A stretch of DNA of 63,701 nucleotides, filler included, from Lenisia limosa (lineage: Eukaryota; Protista; Breviatea), in the NCBI GenBank assembly GCA_001655205.1. It is 9 parts of 9 records of this genome, joined end to end, with 100 filler letters (N's around TTAATTAATTAA, not from the genome) between each part and the next. Parts side by side here need not be neighbours in the genome. Positions count along the whole stretch, not along the records: positions 27,121 to 30,421 come from LPNZ01007830.1; positions 30,522 to 32,990 come from LPNZ01004140.1; positions 33,091 to 35,461 come from LPNZ01007958.1; positions 35,562 to 38,802 come from LPNZ01002703.1; 5 more parts are not named here. One strand, written 5' to 3'. The position numbers and the translations under genes are program-made. Below, piece by piece: positions 27,457-38,902 of this stretch. The notes below the pieces were generated by a model. It was not told the DNA's origin and did no database searches. It saw nothing but the letters and a program-made list of their open reading frames with translations. How positions within the stretch are numbered: the first letter of the stretch is position 1; every line of letters starts with the position of its first letter.

Positions 27457-30301
27457 TTCCAAGGACGGAGTCGCACGGTTCTCAGACCTGCGTATCTTCG
27501 CTGAAGAGAACGTGGAGTATACCGTGGAATTCAGCGGCAAAGTGGCCAACAGAGTCCTGCCGAAGGTCCCGAATAACACCACCATGAAGGCTGCCACTTG
27601 CCTCGATCAAATGGACCATTCTTTCTTGGTAGGCCGCCGAGGTGATGTGAGGATTTAGCTAAGAGAATTTTGCTGAGATGATTCTATAACTAAAAATATC
27701 GGATTCAAGGATAATCTTCGGAACAGGCTTGAGTTACATATTGATATGAGTTATTATTATCAGCGTTCCTATTGTGGATTATTATCCTCTTATCATCGGC
27801 ACCTTGTTTGGCAACTTTTTTGGAGCAAATAATAGATGAAATGAATGTGTAGTGATATAGGAGAAATACATAGAAATACCATCAGCACAATTACGATACT
27901 CACTACCAAGGCCAATTGGCCACTTGGTACTGAAGAGCTTCGCTGCGTTTGCCCAGCCGGTAGGGATGCACCTTGGAACCCATTTTAAGAAGATGGGCAC
28001 ATTATCGGTTTTTATTGAGAACATACTAAGCAATTTTAGTCTTTTTTGTGATCAAACGGAATAAGTAAGTATGACTTCCCCAGCGTTAAATTTTGACAAT
28101 TCCAGGCTACGAAATGTACGACAACAACTGTCGCCTTTGTGATGAAAGTGGGGGGGGGGGGGNNNNNNNNNNNNNNNNNNNNNNNNNNNNNNNNNNNNNN
28201 NNNNNNNNNNNNNNNNNNNNNNNNNNNNNNNNNNNNNNNNNNNNNNNNNNNNNNNNNNNNNNNNGTGTGTTTCTGCATTTTGAGTTCCATGTTATTTTCA
28301 ACTGGCCCTTATCTAATTCAAGTTACGCTCGTAATCTTGTTTCTATCTTGATAATGAAGATGGGTGGGGGGCTTGAAGTTGATTCACAGCCTTCCAGCCA
28401 GAGGCTCATAGTTCAGACTCGTACCAGCCTTATGACGGACGCTACTCTTGCATCAGCTGCCCCCATGGCACCACGAGCGTTCACCCCGATAACCTCCTGA
28501 GATACGCAGTGGGATGGAGAAAGGGGTACGACCAGACCTAATGCCTTCAATTACTTTATTGTTTTTAATCAAAAATAATTGTATATTGGTCAAAATATGT
28601 ATACTATCATGTGATATACTGTACACACAAAATAAGCTTGAACTGACCATTCAGCAAAACAAACAAGATCTTGTAGATCTGAAATACATGTCTGCCGAAG
28701 CCGCCGAAGTATGGCCCGGTCTGGACTTGACCAAGCTGCCGGCACCGACAACTTTACCGACTGCTTGCTACTGCCCGTTGTCCAAGGCAAATCGGGAAAT
28801 GGAGGTGTGTGGGGGGTAGAGAGTCCGTGATTCTTATTTGTTTTTTATTACTATATTTGGTAAATGTTTTTCTTTTTTTCTGGTTACACCCCTTTTTAGA
28901 CCTTTGGTGGTAACGTCACTTCGGATTCCAAGTCTTGTGGCTGTCTAAAAGGCTGGATCAATGAAAAGCTCTACGACGAGGTGTATGGCTGCACTCCGTN
29001 NNNNNNNNNNNNNNNNNNNNNNNNNNNNNNNNNNNNNNNNNNNNNNNNNNNNNNNNNNNNNNNNNNNNNNNNNNNNNNNNNNNNNNNNNNNNACATAGTC
29101 ACTTCATTTGTTTTCATATAGTACATGTATATGCTCTAATTGTTTTGTTAACATTACCCTAACTCAACCTCAGAAACACGTACCAAGACCTGTCGTTTTC
29201 CGATACAGCATACTGTCAGTTATGCGGCAGCCGAATGTTAACAGCCGGCCCTGCGTCAACCAGTGTGGATGACTGCAAATGCCTGCCTTTGTGGGGGGGG
29301 GGGGAACAGNNNNNNNNNNNNNNNNNNNNNNNNNNNNNNNNNNNNNNNNNNNNNNNNNNNNNNNNNNNNNNNNNNNNNNNNNNNNNNNNNNNNNNNNNNN
29401 ATTCCACGCTATGCCCCCTTTCCCCTTGTCATATTAAATCCTCTTTCTTTTGTTTTTATTCTGTACCCCACCCCTGGAAGAAGTATTGTCTTGTGGAGGA
29501 AGGGAGGTGGATATAGTCTGTGTCTGTTTATGTATTGTATACAACTGATGCGCCATATTGCTCACTCTTTCGCGTGACGTTGTCGACGGCTTCTGCCAGA
29601 GACAACCTTATTTTCTATTTTCTTCCATTCTGCCTCAGCGACGGGCTTAGGGTTAATCCTTCCTAAATGCTTAGTCATCAGATCCGAATCTCTTTTTTTT
29701 TGTTGTTGTTGTTTCATAAATTGTCTATATTTACGTACGCTGGAGTGATGGGATGTTGTTGTTATCAACCCTTCTGTGATGTCAGCCAACAGAGTTGATT
29801 TTGGGCCGTTGTGTGTCATAAATTTTACAATTTTACTCCCCCCCCCCCCCCCCCCNNNNNNNNNNNNNNNNNNNNNNNNNNNNNNNNNNNNNNNNNNNNN
29901 NNNNNNNNNNNNNNNNNNNNNNNNNNNNNNNNNNNNNNNNNNNNNNNNNNNNNNNNNNNNNNNNNNNNNNNNNNNNNNNNNNNNNNNNNNNNNNNNNNNN
30001 NNNNNNNNNNNNNNNNNNNNNNNNNNNNNNNNNNNNNNNNNNNNNNNNNNNNNNNNNNNNNNNNNNNNNNNNNNNNNNNNNNNNNNNNNNNNNNNNNNNN
30101 NNNNNNNNNNNNNNNNNNNNNNNNNNNNNNNNNNNNNNNNNNNNNNNNNNNNNNNNNNNNNNNNNNNNNNTACTAATTTAAATGATTACACGAAATTATC
30201 TAAATCCTAAATATTCTTAAGGAGTCTTAATGATCTAAATGATCCAGCTGACGGAAGCGATTGGTCGTGTTTACCCTGCCCTCTCAACAGCTACAAGCAA
30301 G
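27457..30301 (+). CDS. Cys-rich surface protein with GCC2_GCC3/ephrin-receptor-like repeats (partial)
   Basis: CVCPAGYEMYDNNCRLCDE, YQPYDGRYSCISCPHGTTS, NTYQDLSFSDTAYCQLCGSRMLTAGPASTSVDDCKC, SCLPCPLNSYKQ. Confidence 0.7.
29735..29854 (+). repeat. Family C intron-associated repeat
   Basis: GTACGCTGGAGTGATG...CAGCCAACAGAGTTGATTTTGGGC...TTTTACTC(C)n; matches 37805-37956. Confidence 0.85.
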
Positions 30302-30339
30302 GTGGGGGGACAACAGGTAGCAACGGAGTTGATTAGGCA

Positions 30340-30420
30340 GGGATGTATGTTCAGCCAACAGAGTTGATTTTGGGTCTTGTTTTGTTTAATAAATTTTCCA
30401 ACTTAACCCCCCCCCCCCAG
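30340..30420 (+). repeat. Family C 3' half forming an intron acceptor end
   Basis: CAGCCAACAGAGTTGATTTTGGG...ACTTAAC(C)nAG, in the predicted intron 30302-30420. Confidence 0.8.
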
Positions 30421-30521
30421 GNNNNNNNNNNNNNNNNNNNNNNNNNNNNNNNNNNNNNNNNNNNNTTAATTAATTAANNNNNNNNNNNNNNNNNNNNNNN
30501 NNNNNNNNNNNNNNNNNNNNN

Positions 30522-32720
30522 TGACCAATTTTGCCATTTTGACGCTGCCAACTTCTGCTGCCGGAAATAACGCGTTGGTTCCCTGCCAAGATAAACCGAG
30601 GCAAAAATTTGCGTATTTTTTATGTATGTTTCAGTGTACATTGAACGATTTCGTGTATTAAATCCTCCCCCCAACTCACCTTATACATGGCTTTAGCGCC
30701 GTGTTCGAGAAAATACTTCGCCGTGTCATATTGACCATATACAATGGCGTGTTGCAGCGGACTGGAGTTGACACTGGAGGGTCACCCTAGATCACTCACA
30801 AGTCCCACTTACCCAAGATTAAACATCCTTTTACATGAATAACCTTCCCCCTTACGGTTCACCAGCAGATCTGCTGTAAGCATTGACGTTGACAACCCAC
30901 TTTCTGGAAGATTACAAAAGGTCAACCTGTTTTTAATTTTTGTTTTTTTGATGTTTGTGTGGAGCATATCATATACCGTATCTTGATCAGTTCTGAAACG
31001 ATAAAGCTCAATATTCGTGTCAGGACTTATCGGGTAATGTATTCTTGTAGTATACCTTGTGTACAGTGCCAGAACACTTCGGTTCGAAAAAAGAGTGAAT
31101 TTCTGGATAAATCCTCGAAAAATATCTTTTTCGAAAAGCCTATAAATAACATATTTCGAAAGATAAAGACTGGGAAAATATCGATATTTTTCGAGGATTT
31201 ATCGAGAAATTCAGTCTTTCGAACCGAAGTGAAGCCCTATTGAAGAGCGATATTCTTCGCCAAACTTTCATCCCTCCTNNNNNNNNNNNNNNNNNNNNNN
31301 NNNNNNNNNNNNNNNNNNNNNNNNNNNNNNNNNNNNNNNNNNNNNNNNNNNNNNNNNNNNNNNNNNNNNNNNNNNNNNNNNNNNNNNNNNNNNNNNNATG
31401 AGATTCAAATGGCCGTTCAGAACCGGAGCTTTCATTTTTGCTTGCTGCAAAATAAGACATACGGTAAAGAATGGAAAAGAGAAACAACAGAGGGTTGTAT
31501 CGGCCGAAGCCGTCTACCATCACGATACAGGTTGATAATAGGGCTGCAGTATTATTTGAGTAGTATGACCATCATTACATTATCATATAAAATGGGGTTA
31601 TATCATGCCGAAGCCTAACATCACGCTTTTAAGAGATATTGGGTTGTAGTAANNNNNNNNNNNNNNNNNNNNNNNNNNNNNNNNNNNNNNNNNNNNNNNN
31701 NNNNNNNNNNNNNNNNNNNNNNNNNNNNNNNNNNNNNNNNNNNNNNNNNNNNNNNNNNNNNNNNNNNNNNNNNNNNNNNNNNNNNNNNACCTGGCCTTGT
31801 ATAATTATATACAGTGACCGGGATAAGTCTTGACCGAAACACTATGGATTTCCCTCATGAAAATTGGTCACTATTTTGCACGGTCAATGTAAATAGGTGG
31901 TATCAAGCCGTACACACTATCAACAGAACACAGTAATTGTGCAAGTTCACCCAGCACCTGTCTACATGTCTATCATAAATAGAGAGTAAGAAATAACAAC
32001 CAAATGTCATTGAATAAGCTGGTAAATATTTTAGGACTCCGTGCAATCATTTTTTGCGGAAATTAATTGACAAAATTTGAAACTAAAGTGTGTCTGAAAT
32101 GGAGTTTTGGTTATAATATGTCCAACTTCATATTGTGAAATTAATTTCTCAATTATTTATGTGAAGGAATTAGGACTCCGTGCAATTAATTGATAGATTC
32201 ATTTCAAATTTGAAGTGGGACATATTATAACCAGAATTCCGTTTCAGACAATTTAAGTTCACATTTTGTCAATTCATTTCCTCAAAATTAAGAACATATC
32301 GGCAACGCAGTTACCTGGAATTTCCGTGACGACGACTCCACAAGTTTAATCGCAAAATCTTCATTTTTGGAGGTTTCATAGATGTTCCACTGGAAAGTTA
32401 CAAGACCCTCCCCCAGGAAAACAACAAATTTAGAAAGCATCTAAAAATCTACATCGAAGCACTGTCGAAAAACACCAATTAGATCCAATATCTTTTCATA
32501 TAATAAAAATGAATAATTACCCCATTCTAAAGAGCCCTAATATCCCCACCCCCACCATTGATGCACATGACAAGTACCGCTTCTCAAATGCCTTAACAAG
32601 GACCTTGGTTTGAATCAAGTGAACCTGGGGGTGCAATGACACGTATCGCCAAATCGCAAGAACTTTCTAGAAGACTGTAAGAGAGGTGCTCGAAAAGGAC
32701 CGGTGTATCGGTATTGTTGG
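30522..32720 (-). CDS. Ankyrin-repeat protein (3' partial)
   Basis: SSPLQHAIVYGQYDTAKYFLEHGAK (~30680-30770) and GTNALFPAAEVGSVKMAKLV (~30522-30580). The upstream extent is uncertain. Confidence 0.7.
31075..31239. mobile_element. Longest family A MITE, with ~50-bp inverted arms
   Basis: CACTTCGGTTCGAAAAAAGAGTGAATTTCTGGATAAATCCTCGAAAAATATC is inverted against GATATTTTTCGAGGATTTATCGAGAAATTCAGTCTTTCGAACCGAAGTG. Confidence 0.88.
32052..32287. repeat. Foldback element with ~78-bp inverted arms
   Basis: 32052-32130 is an imperfect reverse complement of 32211-32287. TAGGACTCCGTGCAAT is directly repeated at ~32032 and ~32171. Confidence 0.75.
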
Positions 32721-32902
32721 TAAAAAATGGAAAGAAATATAGAAGTACCATATGATATAGATCATGTAGATATACAGTGACCGGGAAAAGTCTTGACCGA
32801 TTTTCAAGAGGATAATCCATAGTAAACCGTTATCCTAAACGGTCTGTATATCATGGTACTGACAGCGACATATCCTGACACGATATTGCTGTTTCATATC
32901 TA

Positions 32903-32980
32903 CTCTGACCGCGATAAGTCCTGACACGATTGACTGAAGATAAAGCTCAGTATTCGTGTCAGGACTTATCGCGGTCAGTG
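32903..32980. mobile_element. Family B (B2) Tc1/mariner-type MITE
   Basis: TA|CTCTGACCGCGATAAGTCCTGACACGA...TCGTGTCAGGACTTATCGCGGTCAGTG|TA. Confidence 0.85.
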
Positions 32981-33090
32981 TATATGTGTGNNNNNNNNNN
33001 NNNNNNNNNNNNNNNNNNNNNNNNNNNNNNNNNNTTAATTAATTAANNNNNNNNNNNNNNNNNNNNNNNNNNNNNNNNNNNNNNNNNNNN

Positions 33091-35274
33091 CGATGCTCTC
33101 AGCCTCAAGCAGTGCCGGGGACCGAGCGTTTATCTTCAAGGAGCCCACAGGACATATTGCGCCAAATAAGACCGAGCCGGTACGCGTTGTTTCTCCAATG
33201 AATATCAATAAATCCATATTTTTCCGATATTTCCCCAATGAATATCAATAAGTTTTCAACATAGTTTACACAGAGTGACCATTTTTCAACAACATGCTGC
33301 TACATTCATTTTTCATCATCATTTACACACCGCCACATTTTTCAACATTATTTACCCAACCAGAGCGGGACGGAGCGATACCATATCGAAGTTTGGAGAG
33401 GAACAGAGCAGGTCGTCTCTGTCATGGTCCCCGAGAAGATACATGGGGCTATCCACGGTTCCGGGTCTTTTGCAGCCTTGTCTTTCAGTGTTCAGGCTGA
33501 TAAATTGGTGGAGGGGGNNNNNNNNNNNNNNNNNNNNNNNNNNNNNNNNNNNNNNNNNNNNNNNNNNNNNNNNNNNNNNNNNNNNNNNNNNNNNNNNNNN
33601 NNNNNNNNNNNNNNNNNNNNNNNNNNNNNNNNNNNNNNNNNNNNNNNNNNNNNNNNNNNNNNNNNNNNNNNNNNNNNNNNNNNNNNNNGTGTGTGTATGT
33701 ATGTGATAAACTGATCGAGTGGGGGTTTAAGGGGGTGTCAATTCTCTTTACACTATACCAATATTATGAACAAAATTCCCAGTTTTTTGTTGTGGAATAT
33801 TCGTGTCAATTAAAATTCGTTTTCCGTTAATTTCCCATCTATAAATCCCAATTAAAATTTCTCAATTCCCAGTTTTCATTGCACGATTTCTATCCTTCAC
33901 ATTTTTTTTTTTCCTCTCACTATTCAGGTTTATGTTGCCGAAAAATACGAAGAAGACTCTGTAGGGGCAGCTGCAAAAGGTGGGCTTTGGCCTAACAACT
34001 GACGGTTTAATCAAAAATCCGATTTATGCAGGTAACATCAGACTTTCCCTAATAAATCCCCCAAATCACTCTTCACCCCCCACTCTGTATGGCTTTTTTG
34101 TAGTTTAAGTTCATTTCGGAACAAAGGGCCTGGTTCTTTCGGATGACGGTGGGGTCAACATCACCATGTCGTTGGCGTTCTCTACTGAATTAGATTGAAA
34201 AATGCCAACATAATTCACCTTCCTAATGAAGAGGCTGCAGTAATTTCTCACACAACCTACCCTCCCCCCGATTCACTCTTTATGTACCTCTAATCTCACA
34301 CATTCAGATGAAAACGGCAGAGGATTTGCCTTGAATGAGAACTGGGGAGAGGCAATGACGTTCGCTGCCTCACCAGTTCCAGTTATCTTTGACATTGCGA
34401 GTAAAGAGTTCTCAGTTCCTCAAGGGTATGGTGTGCATAATACACATGATATACATACATTCACGCACATTTATATATATAGTACTAGTATATCAATATC
34501 ATATAGCTACATACATGTAGCTACTTTCGGTGACATATATTAGACTGTTCCTTCCTAAATATTGATATTTACCGGGGCTTTTTGAGACCGAAGTGTGTAG
34601 CTTCATTTACAAAAGGGTAAGATAGTGCATTCAATCAAACCTAGTAATAACAACTAGGACTGCGAGTTATTTTATCGAAGAAACTAATTGGTTATCTGGT
34701 ATTTGCATAGTTTCTATTCCCTGGAACCAAAGTGGAACTCTTAACACAATAATTTCGACAGAATACCGGAGAATATTTCCTGTGGATCTCCTGTGTTCAC
34801 CCCTGATGATTCTGGCCTTGTTTGCACTGTTTGTGGGGAGGGGAGTATTGTGATTAATCTCTTAGTCAGTAGTTTTATTTTTATCTTGGAGTATAATTTG
34901 ATAATTGTTAATTACAAATACTATTTTCTAAATAAGTGATAAGTTAAAGGCTTCCTGTGTAAGGGCAAGTGTTAGCAACTTTGTTTCCAGTTGGCTACTA
35001 TTGAGAGTATAAAAATGGAGCATTTTCTGCGGTCCTTTTCGGACTGAATGGAATCCCTAATCATATCGATTGGTGCATGCATTGTTTTATTTTCCGTCAT
35101 ATATACACTGACCGCGAATAGTCCTGACACGATTTTCTAAAGACAAAACTCAATTGTCAGGACTTATCGCGGTCAGTGTATACATGTACATATATATGCA
35201 TATAACTTTTTACAGGGTGCTCACCACGATGAGTATCGACTGGGACGAATTTACTGCCCCACAAGAAAGAGCTG
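33091..35274 (+). CDS. APEH: Acylamino-acid-releasing enzyme, N-terminal part (cut by linkers)
   Basis: YHIEVWRG..VPEKIHGAIHGSGSFAALSFSVQADKLVYVAEK, ENWGEAMTFAASPVPVIFDI, IPENISCGSPVFTPDDSGLV and YRLGRIYC follow the order of the APEH propeller motifs. Confidence 0.8.
35106..35178. mobile_element. Family B (B2) Tc1/mariner-type MITE
   Basis: TA|CACTGACCGCGAATAGTCCTGACA...TGTCAGGACTTATCGCGGTCAGTG|TA. Confidence 0.88.
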
Positions 35275-36627
35275 TAGGCAGGGTGTCACAATTAGAGCTT
35301 CACTTCTGGTTCCCAGTGACGGGTAAAATATCGATCTGTATGTATGTAGTCTTTATATAGAACCGAGAGCGAAACCCAAGTGTCATTTTATGTATGATAG
35401 ACTTCCCTTGCTTGTTTTACATTCTTATTTCGATGTAGCTCTATATCACCTCAACCTTGACNNNNNNNNNNNNNNNNNNNNNNNNNNNNNNNNNNNNNNN
35501 NNNNNTTAATTAATTAANNNNNNNNNNNNNNNNNNNNNNNNNNNNNNNNNNNNNNNNNNNNAAATATGGGTATAGGTATGTGTGTGGGTCAGGGGTGGTT
35601 ATACAGGTACACTCAATTGACATTATGACTTTTTAAAACCTTCTCACTCCTTGAAATATTGTGTTGCTCAAATCCTCCTTAGTTCCATTATGATAATCCT
35701 ATGACACTCATTTACGTTTAGATTGCCGGTGGCATTACTTACACCGACAAAAGCCGCTTTGGGTCCTTGTCCCATATCAAGTAGGGGGAGTGAGTAAAAT
35801 ATGTTGGTGACAGGTNNNNNNNNNNNNNNNNNNNNNNNNNNNNNNNNNNNNNNNNNNNNNNNNNNNNNNNNNNNNNNNNNNNNNNNNNNNNNNNNNNNNN
35901 NNNNNNNNNNNNNNNNNNNNNNNNNNNNNNNNNNNNNNNNNNNNNNNNNNNNNNNNNNTTTCATTTGCTAAGATACTTTTTACCAACATTCAGATACGCT
36001 CCAGCCATGATCATTGGTGACAAATGGGCCAAAAAAGCACGTGAAGATCTTGATGTGGCTGCCAAGGAGCTTTCAAGCTCTTTTATGAACCTTGTTTGGG
36101 GATTGTTCTGAATATTTTGTTGAACCTGGATTTTGATAAGATTGTTGTTCATGGCTTAATCATATTTTTAATCAAAATGGATAGATTGAAGGTCTTATTT
36201 GGCAAATCTTGGAGCTGAGTTTCTGAGGCTTTTTCCTTCACACTTTAGGTTGAGCAAGTTACTGTGAATTGTGAGTCTGATGAGGAGTATGAGAACTGCG
36301 TTTTAGCCGCGAAGGTTGGGAGGGGGGTATTTTTCCTGAGGGGTGAGTGGGGTCTTTGTTTTGGCTTTCGTATGGAAAGAATCATATTTTAGGACTTTTT
36401 TTTTTCTATTGAAACTAAGTTCATAAAGATTAAACAGTATTGCGTTCACCTTGCATGACCATTTCCCCCATCTTTTTTGTCGTCAAGACAACTGCCATTA
36501 ATATGATTTAGTCAATCGTTGTGAGTTTGGAATAATAGTAACACATTTTTGGGATCAACAAATTTTAATTATTACAGAAAGCTAATCTAATCTGGGGAAA
36601 CAAAACAATATCGTTTATTTGACCACT

Positions 36628-38085
36628 TGTTCTTATTACTGTTTAGTTGATTCCCGAAAACCCACCCGTTTCTTATCCGAACTATGTTGATGATCTTCTC
36701 CTGTGGGTCAAGGGTTGTATCTCTGATTTTTACACTTTTTATTATTTCATTATTTTGAAAACGCATTTAAAACATTAAACAAAACCACATGTTATACCCT
36801 TTTGATATTTCGAGGATCTCCCAAACCATGAAATCCGCCTCATCGAGAACCGACCTAAATGCTTCGCTTGGAGCCTACAGACGCATGGTATGTTGCAATA
36901 TGCCGATATGCAGAGATGAGACAATTTGAAACTCGATTAGACTTCACCCTTCACTCCAAATCTCTTCTCCACTTCAAGCTTCACTCAACTTCCCAGCTGA
37001 ACGAAAACATGGTTACAGACTCTGCCATCTTCCACGCTGACAGGGATTTCGCTACATTCTCTCGTTAGTGGATCAATGGAAAACAGTTTATCTGCTCGTT
37101 TCTTCCTGTCTGTCAGTCTCTTTTTGTATCCGAAGTGAATCCCTATTCATCCTATCTCTTTAATTCTTTCTAAATATTATTGTGTTATTCCTCTTTCGTT
37201 GATATAGTATTTGACTATCCTCCGATGACTCCTGTAGTTGTTGTATTCTTTGTTCGTCTCTCCCCCTAACCATTTACAGTTGTATTATTTGTTCGTTTCC
37301 TCCTGACTTTGGTGTCGGGTGCCCTCGCTGCCCCAGGAATTCTCATGTCCCTTCCGTACTTCATTCTCATGCCCTTTGTTCATAGTGTAGGCCCCTATGG
37401 AGTGGTGGATGATAGTACATATCATATATATATATATATATATGTATATATATCATATGTAATTGTATTATATCTCTATATTCACCTTGGTCGGAAAAAG
37501 AATGAATTTCTCTTAGATAAATTTCTTCAGTTTTCACCAATTGGACGATTTAAGTTATATATCATCTAGAATATTTCCTAGAGTATGGTTTTGGCCTGAT
37601 GGCTTGATTCTATTCATATTGCTTAATATTCATCAGTCTTCAAGATCAAGTAAAATATGCGTTCAATATGTAAATCTAGGGATAAAAAAGAATACATAGG
37701 AACACCATCAGACAGTATTACCAGAAATTACCATATAGGCGACCATCTATGCAGAGGAACGTTCAACTTACAAGGTCTTCTTTATGGGTGTTTTCACCCC
37801 CATTGTACGCTGGAGTGATGTGATGCGGTGCTGCAGAAGCGACTTTCCTGGGCTTTGTTTGTTTTGTTATTATCAACCCTCGTGTGCTGCTAGCCAATAG
37901 AGTTGATTTTGGGCGTTGTTTGTTTCATCAATTTCCCAATTTTACTCACTTCACAGTATATTTTCGTGATGTCATTGGCATTCTACATTCTAGACAGCCT
38001 CCTTTTGGCCCTCATCTTCCCTGTTGCCTTCACCCTAGGAGTGGTTGTGATGAACAAAACGCTTGGTAACTTCCCTGCTGGCCTC
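36628..38085 (+). CDS. Multi-pass membrane protein fragment, possibly an ABCA-type membrane domain
   Basis: Hydrophobic exons GALAAPGILMSLPYFILMPFV and EERSTYKVFFMGVFTPI|YIFVMSLAFYILDSLLLALIFPVAFTLGVVVM. The ABCA resemblance is weak. Confidence 0.45.
37805..37956 (+). repeat. Family C repeat equal to a complete 152-nt GT-AG intron
   Basis: Starts GTACGCTGG and ends TTTTACTCACTTCACAG; removing it joins the flanking exons in frame (FTPI|YIFV). Confidence 0.8.
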
Positions 38086-38902
38086 AGGTTTGTGATCATG
38101 ATCCCATTAATGGCATTTTTGAGTCTAATATATTATTATGTAGACTTTCATTAATAACAGCTTTTTAATGAAATGCTTTTGATAGACTTCAATCAACTTA
38201 CACTTGAATAACACACTATAGACCTCTAGACCTTCTTTGTACTTCCATTAAAATACGCTTCGTAATGACATGCATAAGACTTCTAAAATCGCCCTTGAAT
38301 TACACACTTTAGACGTTTAATTAACTTTTAAAAGTAGCCTAGAATAACATAGTAACACTTCAGAGCGATGATGGCTTCTCTTCGTGTCTTGATGATGAAC
38401 AAGGAAACTCTTTCAAACATGAAGGAAATGAGAAAAACGTGGGTCACTTGTGATCATATGGATAAGGAAAATATTCTCTCTTCCGCTATTGACATCACAT
38501 TATTATTAAAATTGTTTATTTTTATTTTATTTTTTTTTTGAGGTTAACTGAAGCTTCACTTCGGGGACCTGGAAATATAATGAATTCGATAAATTTTTCA
38601 TAAATATCGATATTTCGCATGACTTCTTGGAACGGAAGTAACTCTCAAGAAAACACCATCATTAATTAACTACCCTACCTACATACCCTCTATATTATAT
38701 ATATGTTGAAATCCCCCTCTCTCTCTCTATTACGCTGGATTGATGGGATGCGGTGCTTAAGAAGCGACTGGCTTGGGCTTTGTTTTTTTTGTTGTTGTTA
38801 TCNNNNNNNNNNNNNNNNNNNNNNNNNNNNNNNNNNNNNNNNNNNNTTAATTAATTAANNNNNNNNNNNNNNNNNNNNNNNNNNNNNNNNNNNNNNNNNN
38901 NN

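Noticed and set aside
29776-30210. ORFs spanning long N runs (also 44748, 45330, 33275)
   Set aside because: They are open only because N codons contain no stops.
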